Source of the DNA: Macrostomum hystrix
Lineage: Eukaryota; Animalia; Platyhelminthes
Reading direction: 5' to 3'
NCBI GenBank assembly: GCA_950097015.1
Contig: CATNEN010000038.1
Location: 8,680,001-8,744,000, forward strand
Length of the DNA: 64,000 nucleotides
Of this stretch, positions 50,565 through 61,300 are shown in pieces (the first letter of the stretch is position 1; each line of letters opens with the position of its first letter). The notes beneath the pieces are model-generated. The model saw only the letters and a program-made list of their open reading frames with translations, ran no database searches and was not told where the DNA came from. Both the position numbers and the translations under genes were made by a program.

Positions 50565-52020
50565 GCTGAATTTCAAACTCCAGCAAGCAATATAAAAGTG
50601 AAAGCTGTTCTCTAAAAAATTGAAGACCACTTTTAATTTTACCGGTATATATACCTTTCCTGTATAGCGCGAATTCTTGTTGGCATTGAAACTGCACAAT
50701 GCACACTGGCTTTTTTCTCCCTGACCTTGCATGCTGTCCCAATGTACTTTTCTATCGCGACAATCAAGCATTTTTATTTAATGAGATCAACTGCAGATAA
50801 GACATTTTTCTTTTTCGAAAAATTATAGAACAAATTTTATTAAGCACAGAGTTAGTTTGTCCTCAGTTCGCTGTACAGAAAGTGTTTCACATTCTTTGTG
50901 CAACAGATCAGTGAATATCGCCATGCCCAGACTGTGGTGCAACCAGGTCTGCCGTTTTTTTTGTTTAACCGAACTCTGAATGAACTTGCAATATCAAGCT
51001 TTCAAGATTTAACGCTAAATTTCCTACATTAGAAACAATTGAAACTATAGAAGCCAAACCGTAAATTGTAAAACCAGTAGTCGTAAATATGGTTGCAAAA
51101 AACGCACAATAAACAATAATAAGCACAATTTTGACCCGTTGCGAGCCTGAATAGCAAATTAAAGTTTAGACTATCACGCATGCTGTGCGTGCCTCAAGGC
51201 CGCGAGCTGCCATTGGCTGGAAACCAATAATTTATGGTGAATGCAGTAGTCAGCCAAGACTTTTTACTCCTTAACTAGTTAATTAACTCTTTTGTTAAGA
51301 ACAACAGTATTGATAAGCTCTTCGTCATGTTTCTCTTCCTAATCCTGCAGGCATTGGCCTGATATTTTGTTTGACTTTTTAAGTACCTATGAGTGCAGTT
51401 CTCTGAAAAATTTCCCACGTATCCGTATGCCGGTAACTCAGCCTCTAGTGTCAAGTCCGATGAAATTAACTAAGACAGGGGGATGGAAACACGGCCTAAC
51501 TGCTGAAGTGAGTGACAAATGCCAGGCTTCACTATGAATATTCACCTGTTTCGAAAGACACAAGACAGGTTTGAATCAATTGCTTTTGTGATGTGCTCTT
51601 CATACAGTTCTGAAATTCATGTCAACATTATTTATTGACAGAATAGCAATTCTGCCAACGGAGTGGCAAAATTCTTAAAAGTACATACTGAGGAGAAACT
51701 GAGAATAGTCGTTAAGAAATACAAAGGTTTAAAATTGAAATAAATTGACGCCTTTCAGCATCGATGTGTTGCCAGCGATTTCCAGGAAACATTTTCCCGT
51801 ACACCTGAAGACTTACACCAGATAAATTGTCGCATTAGTTCGCTTTTATTATTTTCGTCATTGTGATTACTTTCGTCGCAACTAACACCATTCAACCTGT
51901 AAAGAAATATTTTGTTTTTGGTTAGGCAATTAAATTGTTAAATAATGGAATTCTGCTCATCTAAAAAAGCACAACGCAAGCAAGAAAAATGGCTCGAAAC
52001 ACGTTTGATATCCGCTCCTA

Positions 52021-53299
52021 TCTGACTCTACGAATCTGACACCCCCTACAGTCTGACCCTACAAATCTGACACACCCTACAGCCTGACTCTACAAATCTG
52101 GCACACCCTACAGCCTGACTCTACAAATCTGACACACCCTACAGCCTGACTCTACAAATCTGACACCTCCTACAGCCTGACTCTACAAATCTGACACCTC
52201 CTACAGCCTGACTATACAAATCTGACACCTCTTACAGCCTGACTATACAAATCTGACACCTCTTTCTGCCTGACTATACAAACCTGACACCCTCCACAGC
52301 CTGACTATACAAACCTGACACCCTCCACAGCCTGACTCTACAAATCTGACACCTCATACAGCCTGAGTCTACAAAACTGACACCTCCTACAGCCTGACTA
52401 TACAAATCTGACACCTCCTACAGCCTGACTCTACAAATCTGACACATCCTACAGCCTGACTATACAAATCTGACACCTCCTACAGCCTGACCATACAAAT
52501 CTAACACCTCCTACAGCCTGACTCTACAAATCTGACACCTCCTACAGCCTGACTATACAAATCTGACACCTTCTACAGCCTGACTCTACAAATCTGACTC
52601 CTACAGCCTGACTCTACAAACCTGACACCTCTTACTGCCTGACTATACAAACCTGACACCCTCTACAGCCTGACTCTACAAATCTGACACCTCCTACAGC
52701 CTGACTATACAAATCTGACTCCTACAGCCTGACTCTACAAACCTGACACCTCTTACTGCCTGACTGTACAAATCTGACACCTCCTACAGCCTGACCATAC
52801 AAATCTGACACCTCCTACAGCCTGACTCTACAAATCTGACACCTCCTACAGCCTGACTCTACAAATCTGACACCTCTTACTGCCTGACTCTACAAATCTG
52901 ACTCCTACAGCCTGACCATACAAATATGACACCTCCTACAGCCTGACTATACAAATCTGACACCTCTTACTGCCTGACTCTACAAATCTGACTCCTACAG
53001 CCTGACTATACAAACCTGACACCTCTTACTGCCTGACTATACAAACCTGACACCCTCTACAGCCTGACTCTACAAATCTGACACCTCCTACAGCCTGACT
53101 ATACAAATCTGACACCTCTTACTGCCTGACTCTACAAATCTGACTCCTACAGCCTGACTCTACAAATCTGACACCTCCTACAGCCTGACTATACAAATCT
53201 GACACCTCTTACTGCCTGACTCTACAAATCTGACACCTCCTACAGCCTGACTATACAAATCTGACACCTCTTACTGCCTGACTCTACAAATCTGACACC
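52021..53299. repeat. ~31-bp minisatellite (cctacagcctgactctacaaatctgacacct), ~41 copies
   Basis: Direct reading; its edge lies ~80 bp downstream of the stop codon at 53378. Confidence 0.95.
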
Positions 53300-53377
53300 C
53301 GCTTCTGAATGACTAAGCATCAAAGCATTTCTCGGTGGCATTTATCAAGGGCAGCTCGTCCTATTTTGCTCAGTCAT

Positions 53378-55305
53378 TCAGCAGAAGTCGTGCAGCTGCA
53401 GGAACTCAGCCGGACTGAGCTCAGTGCCGGCTAGGGCCAGGCAGAGGATGCGGCCAGTCAGGCTGAAGCGGGAGTCGCTGGTGTAGCCGATTCGCAGCTC
53501 GCTGACCAGGATTGGGGAGCCGGCCATCTCGCTGGAGTTGCTGCCCGGCCGCTCGCTACCGTTGATGAAGATTCGAAAGCCGCCCGTGCCAACGTAGCTG
53601 AAACCGACGCTGCCGACGAAGCCGGTGTACGATGGCAGGGCGCCGGTTTCCGAGGATTTGAATCGAAACTGGGACACTGACGACAGCGGGTGGGTCACGA
53701 CCAGTCGATCGGTGTCCTGCCCGGTGAATCAGCGACAGAAGCAGTTCGCTATCTCTACCGTAACTTAACTTCGATTCCCGATCCTCCAGTAAACCAAACC
53801 AAACCCTAGCCCACACATGGGTGCACGTCTGCCCTGATTATCATGTAACGTAAATGAATATGGCCTCGCCACCGAATCGAACTCAGGGAGCCTTAGTTAG
53901 TCCGCTCTGCCACTCACCAGCTTAAGCCACCGTTACCATATTTTGTAGCAGTTAGACCCGCAGCAAGTGAGAGCCAGTTCTGCCTGACTGACACTGACAC
54001 TCACACACACGCAGGGTATGTTAATCTGCCCTGACTTTCTCATCGTCACGCGATTTACACTCTCAGTGTGCCTTGAGACCCCATGGGCTTGAATTGCATA
54101 ACAAGCCCCCCTCTCCACGGATTTATGCATGATTTGGGAATTTTTTGCGAAAGTCAGACGTTGCCGCTATGGAGTTGAGTGGCAGAGTGGACTAACGCGT
54201 TTGCCTCTCGCACCAAGGTCCCTTGCTCGATTCCACGGCAAGGCCACATTTATTTGGGGCAAGGAAAAGGCTTGGGGGCTTTTCGTGCAATTTACGCCCC
54301 TCAGGGCCAACCTCCAAGGCACAGTGAGAGTGTACACTGCCTGACATCAGGGCAGATTTACACACCTGTGTGGGGGTTTGCCTGCGTACAGTATCTGCGT
54401 GCATGTGAACTATTGTGTCAGGGAAATAGGCAGAATTGCCTCGTCGCTGGCTGTCACCAAATGATGTGCCATTGCCCACAGCCCTCCTGTAATTATAATT
54501 ATTACCTGGTACATGATGAACCTATCCGCTGTGCTGCTATTCGCTCTGTCTGCCTCCGCATCATAGGCAACCAGAAAGTCCGAGTTTGAGTCGCCATACT
54601 TTTCCAGCTTGAGCAGCACGGAGATGGCGCTGCCGTTTTTCAGCAGAGACGCCAGGTTGCCACCGGGAATGCCGATGCGGACGTGCGGGCCGCTGCCGAT
54701 GCTGTCGGGATTTGGCTTCACGTGGAGGCCCGTGGAATTGCGCGCTGCGCCGACGGACTGCACCTGGAGGTTTCGTTTTGTTGGATTACCGTAGAAAATG
54801 TTCATTAAGGAATGAACGAAATTGTACATTTGAGAAGATGAAAGTGCAGTGACCACCCAACCAAGCATACCTTGAAAGTGGTCCGATTGACCAGGTTCTC
54901 GAAGCCGTACCGGTAGCAGTGCAGCAGCAGCAGCCTGCTGGCCAGCGCTGGTGGCGGTGACGGCAGCCGTAAGTGCACCTCCGCGGCTGCACAATCGGAA
55001 GTGCTGCCACTGGAAGGCAACCAGGAGTTCCGCCATCGCATCTCCGTAGCCAGCAAGCACTTTCCATCTTTGAAGGCAACGGCGGAACAATTAGCACCGA
55101 CTGTGCATTCGACTTGGCAGGTGCGAATGGAGGAAACGCCGCTGAGTTTGCGGAAGCCGCTGTCCACTGCCGTCGAGGTCCAGTCTGCAGCTGGCGCGCA
55201 CAGATCCGGAGCTGACACGAAACTGAAACTCGAGGCTTCAGCAAGCGTTTTCGTGCTCAAGGTAAGTAATAGAAAACCAGCGATTACGCTTAGCTTGATC
55301 TCCAT
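53378..55305 (-). CDS. Secreted protein with PAN/Apple-like and ConA/LamG(pentraxin)-like domains, 3 exons, ~343 aa
   Basis: Exons 55305-54871, 54763-54506, 53716-53378, all phase 0. Signal peptide MEIKLSVIAGFLLLTLS; SIRTCQVECTVGANCSAVAFKDGKCLL (PAN Cys pattern); RIFING...LRIG...LTGRILCL.....ELSPAEF (LamG-like end). Confidence 0.8.
54172..54505 (+). mobile_element. tRNA-derived SINE family 1
   Basis: gtggcagagtggactaacgc...gctcgattcc head and shared body; the tail abuts a splice donor. Older degenerate pieces lie at 53815-54115. Confidence 0.88.
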
Positions 55306-56324
55306 TAAAAATTGTCAGTATAATTGTGTCTATTCTGAAATGTAAAATGCAGGCGATCAGTCACAGATGGCAGCTTTGCTTGTTTTATCGCCCAGGTTTA
55401 GCGAGCTTGTTGCCATAGCAACGGAGATGAGTAGGGCTCAACAGGCTACATTCAGGCCTCCCATTTACTGATTGCTATGAGCCAATGGCGAGCGCCTGTT
55501 GAATGCGAAACACACAGAATCTGTGATGCCTCCCAAATGCATTGGATCGGTTTCGGCAAACAAAAGTTAAAACTATTTCATTGACATTTTTACCCGTGAT
55601 AGAAAGTGAGACTTTCCATCAACCAGAAATACCATTGTTGATGGATATTGCTATCTCAACCTGAAAACTGCATAATTCTCCTGCTAATGGTGAACCTGTC
55701 CAAAAAATCTTTTGACTTGAGTAATTTTTGTCGCACAAAGAAGTCACGGATTGGGGGGCTCTGCACTGAAACCCAGTGAGAGGTTGCAGCATCTCAACAA
55801 TGAGTGCCTGTGCACCCAGAAATGCAACGTTCTTGGGTTGAGCAGTTTTGAATGGGTGATTTTGCAGGTGGATTTTTATCAAATTAGACAATGCATGTTA
55901 AGGATTGCGAAATGTCGCCATCTTGTGCTCAGCTCTCATGAAAATTTGTTAAAACAATTGGCCAGACAAATTCGGAACAATATTGCTAGGATTTTGTCTA
56001 CATTTCTGATAAATCCCTTCCCGATTTCACATTGCTGGCAAACCTGCTGCAAATCTAATATTCCAATGCACTTTCTGGGGCAGTACAAGTAGTCCCTTAT
56101 TTCCTCATCAAACAGCATTTTACCAGCATTGAAATTCCTCTGTCTGGGTTGACAAGCCAGAAACAGACGGACTCAGCACAGGCTGCAAAATTTATGAGTT
56201 CTGAGTTTCTTCTTCTCACCTGCGGGGCAGGGCAAAACTTCTGTCAGACTTACGACTTTTTGTTTATTGTCCAGCAACAATTCAAGCCTTTCATTAGAGC
56301 TTTATGCTTGTGGAAAATCATCAG

Positions 56325-57597
56325 TGTCTCATCTCTCCCGTGTCTCACCTCTCCCGTGTCTCATCTCTCCCGTGTCTCACCTCTCCCGTGTCTCATCTCT
56401 CACGTGTCTCATCTCTCCCGTGTCTCATCTCTCCCGTGTCTCATCTCTCCCGTGTCTCATCTCTCCCGTGTCTCATCTCTCCCGTGTCTCATCTCTCACG
56501 TGTCTCATCTCTCCCGTGTCTCATCTCTCACGTGTCTCATCTCTCCCGTGTCTCATCTCTCCCGTGTCTCATCTCTCCCGTGTCTTATCTCTCCCGTGTC
56601 TCATCTCTCACGTGTCTCATCTCTCCCGTGTCTCATCTCTCCCGTGTCTCATCTCTCCCGTGTCTCATCTCTCCCGTGTCTCATCTCTCCCGTGTCTCAT
56701 CTCTCCCGTGTCTCATCTCTCCCGTGTCTCATCTCTCCCGTGTCTCATCTCTCCCGTGTCTCATCTCTCCCGTGTCTCATCTCTCCCGTGTCTCATCTCT
56801 CCCGTGTCTCATCTCTCCCGTGTCTCATCTCTCCCGTGTCTAATCTCTCCCGTGTCTCATCTCTCCCGTGTCTCATCTCTCACGTGTCTCATCTCTCCCG
56901 TGTCTCATCTCTCCCGTGTCTCATCTCTCCCGTGTCTCATCTCTCCCGTGTCTCATCTCTCCCGTGTCTCATCTCTCCCGTGTCTCATCTCTCCCGTGTC
57001 TCATCTCTCCCGTGTCTCATCTCTCCCGTGTCTCATCTCTCCCGTGTCTCATCTCTCCCGTGTCTCATCTCTCCCGTGTCTCATCTCTCCCGTGTCTCAT
57101 CTCTCCCGTGTCTCATCTCTCCCGTGTCTCATCTCTCCCGTGTCTCATCTCTCCCGTGTCTCATCTCTCCCGTGTCTCATCTCTCCCGTGTCTCATCTCT
57201 CACGTGTCTCATCTCTCCCGTGTCTCATCTCTCCCGTGTCTCATCTCTCCCGTGTCTCATCTCTCCCGTGTCTCATCTCTCCCGTGTCTCATCTCTCCCG
57301 TGTCTCATCTCTCCCGTGTCTAATCTCTCCCGTGTCTCATCTCTCCCGTGTCTCATCTCTCACGTGTCTCATCTCTCCCGTGTCTCATCTCTCCCGTGTC
57401 TCATCTCTCCCGTGTCTCATCTCTCCCGTGTCTCATCTCTCCCGTGTCTCATCTCTCCCGTGTCTCATCTCTCCCGTGTCTCATCTCTCCCGTGTCTCAT
57501 CTCTCCCGTGTCTCATCTCTCCCGTGTCTCATCTCTCCCGTGTCTCATCTCTCCCGTGTCTCATCTCTCCCGTGTCTCATCTCTCCCGTGTCTCATC
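56325..57597. repeat. 16-bp minisatellite (ctctcccgtgtctcat), ~79 copies, intergenic
   Basis: Direct reading. Confidence 0.97.
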
Positions 57598-58356
57598 ATC
57601 TCTGAGCGTTACATTAAGCTGGCCATTGTGCCTTGGACTGTCTCCTTGTCGAGGCGTTTTAGTTTCTGGATTTGTGAGGGCTAAACTGTTGCTATTTTTA
57701 GAAACCCAATCTTTGGGAAACCTCCTTTTAGCTTTCATAAGTCAGTCACATGACTGGCCTCATCCAATCAAAAATGGGCGTTCGATTGCGTCATTCTGTT
57801 AAAGATGTCCTTTATTATGGCAAAAACAACAAGCAGATCTGCCGGGCTGAAACATCAAGCGGCTGTAAACTGTACATACCAATCGTAAGTTAATCTAAGA
57901 AAAACGGAATTTAATGTCGAAAGCCGTATCATATAAAGTTAGCAAATATTAGGCCTCTGTTAGATCAAATATAACAAATTTTCGGAATTCGGTGGGAGAA
58001 ACAGAAGAAGTTAGTATTTTTCATGGCTATAGAACACACATGACTGCTGGTTAAAAAATTATAGCAATTAACAGCACAAAATGAAAAGTCATGTTCTTTG
58101 TTTTGCTTCTTAGATATTACGAGCTACAATTTGAATTAAAATATTTTTGAAGGGTTTATACGAGTACTTCAATCACTAGTTTGAGTGCTTATCTCAGACA
58201 TATACCTAAGAGAAAAAACTTGGCAAAGTCCTAAAATCCTTCGTTATGGTAAAAAATATGTTGAAAATACTTTTGGCATCTACAGAAATATCTTGGCATC
58301 GAATAACAAGTTCCTTGGCAGCATTTCTAAGAAGTCGCAGCTCCGATGCAGACTTC

Positions 58357-61300
58357 TCATGGTCTGTTCGGCCGCATGCCCAATGAAGGGAAACTCAACG
58401 ACCTTCGAATGGACAGCTCACAGGAGGGCACCTGGTTGCCGTCGCTGCTCTGTCTAACCTTGTTAACGAGCTTCGGAATAATGTCCGTGAACGCCTCATT
58501 ATCCTGATGGAAGTCTTCCGCCACGACCTCGCACAGCATGCGCGTGAACAATCCACCCGTGGCCGGGTCTCGGCTGCTCATCCTTCCGCGCGAGGTGCTG
58601 TAAAAGTACATGCAGTCCTCCAGGGGTCCGCTTTCAATCGGCTCTAGCCTACGAACAATCCCTTGTCCATCGCGGCAGGCTTGGACGAAGAAAATCTTCG
58701 GCTTGTCCAGCAGCTGCTCGCAGATGCGGAATCGCGAGTAGATCTGCTCCAGAGACGTCTGGAATCCGTCGTGCGCGTAGATGAAATCCAGGCCTCCGTG
58801 GCTCATGAGGCACACGATTATCGCCTGGGAGTTGTTTAGCTCCTCCTCCGAGCAGATGTTCATCGGCAGCTGCTCGAAAAACTTGCGATTCACATTCTGA
58901 ACAGATCTGCACTCGAAGCCGAGAGTTGTGAAGCAGCGGTACAGGTTGCCTTCGGCCATGTCTACCATTGAGCCCTCCCGGCGCTGCAGGTCCAAACCTA
59001 CGAAGTCGTGGATGTTGATCACCAGGGCGATGCCTCGGTGACTGCCGTGCATCGGATACGACAGGCTCGTGAGTGCGTTCTCGCCGCCATCGCCGCCGCC
59101 GCCTACGGCGCCTTCCTCCCGACTTGCATTATTGGAGCCTCCACTGCCGCCGCCATTGCCGCCAGGTCCGCCAGTTGGCGGCTGGCCTCCCGAGCTGCCG
59201 CCGTGATCGTCCCCGCCAGAGTGCTCCAGGTTGACACCGTGCTCTGACAGATTGGCCAGTTGCCGAATGCTGAAATGCGGGCGGTATTTGAGTTCCAAGT
59301 CAGCTACGATATGGCGAATTGTTATTATTCGAGCTAACGGTTTTGAAACGACTTTCAAATAAGTTACTGATTACTTCAGCATATTAATCAGCCTAATCAA
59401 GAAGAAGTCTAAATGTTGCAGAAATATTCAAGCTACGCTTTCCAGCTTGCCTCTTCTCCACAAAGGCCGCGCACTGGATGTGCTCGCAGTACTTCGCCCA
59501 CTCCTGCGCGTTCATGCTTCGCTCGCCTTTCTTTCTCCAGTGATCCAGGTCCTCCGCACCACCTAGGCGCTCACCCAGGGCCAGAAGAACACCCTCATGG
59601 CCGCATCGGGCAGCCCAGATCAGCGGGCTGTTGCCTGAGAAGTCTGCCAGCTTCAGATTGGCGCCGAGGTCGCACAACTTGCGCACGGTGTCCGAAAATC
59701 CGAGCTTCGCAGCGTAAATGACGGCCGAGAAGTTCATCATGTCCTGCAGGAGTGTGAGTTATACGGCACCATAATAGTACTTGTACATGACAGTTAATGA
59801 GTAACAGAGATTATAACGTGTCTTTAACGCCACTTAGGTCCCAGAGCTCGAATCCGCGGGAGGCCACATTTTTATTTAGGGAGGACTTACACTGCCGGAC
59901 AAACAGAAAGTAGTAAATGTGCGCTTTCGAAAGCTGAAAAGTCTCTTGCTGGCTGCGGGTCGACTGCCACCAAAAGATGCGCCAGGGCCCACATTCCTCC
60001 TGCAAATACTACTGTTATTACGCGTACGAGTGCATCAGTAATACGTCAATGTTGTCTACTTTTCCATACTAATTGGAATTGAAATCCCCATTGGCGTTTC
60101 TGCCACTCCATTGGTGACACCGAATCTCAATAGCTCAGTATATCTATAAGACCGAAATCGCATAAAACCGACAGGTGTTGCAATAGTTTGTGGCATTTCA
60201 GTCTCACTGCGGCAAGAGATTGAGTGTCTAAATAACTCGGAGCCCATACCTGGCAATCTATTTCGGCTCCCATTTTGACCAGTAGTTCAAGAATGCCAGT
60301 CTGATGATTCTTGGCCGCTAGAATGAGCGGCGTCTGTCGCAGGTTGTCGGCCCTGTTTACCTCCACTTCCAGAGCTGTCGGGTCATTTTTGAACGCGTTC
60401 TGAAACTCCTTCAAGACGCTTTCGTGTCCGTTGTGGGCAGCCCAGCAGAGAGCCGTTCTGCCCAGCACGTCCTGCGCGCCAAGAATGGAAGGTTGCAGCT
60501 TCCTCTGCAGCAGCTGGCTGACGAAATCATTCCTGCCTCTGGCAGCGGCGATAATTAGTAGCGTCTGATCCATCGATCCGAACGTCATGGAGATCTTCTC
60601 AGCCGAGGCGCACTGTTTGGAGAGCTGCTGGTCGGACCACTTTTCTGGAGACGACGGACTGAAATGCATTCGATGTTTTAACAGTTTGATGCATGATTCC
60701 GGTTTTGTGCAAACGAAATTGGTAAAAAACTCACAGCACTTCAGACAAAAACAAGAAAAACTTCTTAGTCAGGGTCGAAACGGCGGAAGCGGAACTGCCA
60801 AATCTTTCAGCTCCCTTTTTCAGCTCGGGCAGTCCGAGTCGCTTGTTGACCTCAGAAACAATGCTCTCAATGTGTTCCTGGCGAAACTGCTCATCGTGGA
60901 GAACTTCGCACAGAGCTTGAACTAGAGACTTGCCGCTCATCTCGCCACCACCACTGCAGAGCAAAAAATCATTTTCTCGGATGTAGAACGAGGACTCCTC
61001 GAGCGAGCAGACCTCCAGATACTCATTCTGCTGTTTGCATGCTTGAAAGAAGAATAACTTCGGTTTGTTTTTAAGACCTGGACACTGGTTAGCCCGGAAC
61101 CTGGCCACAACGTCCCTGACTTCAATCTCATCTCCGTCGCTGGCAAAGATACTGCCACTAGATCCGTATCCCAGGATGAAGCACACAAAGCTGCCATGGT
61201 CTGACAGCTCCGGCGATGTCGCGATGCTGTCGATCAGTTGCCAGAACTCGATGCCGTTTGGACTGCTGTTAGTTTCAACAATGAAGCCAAGCTTCTGAAA

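Noticed and set aside
56149-57802. 511-aa SHLSRVSSLPCLISPV ORFs
   Set aside because: A 16-bp unit gives the same peptide in all three frames; no non-repeat coding context.
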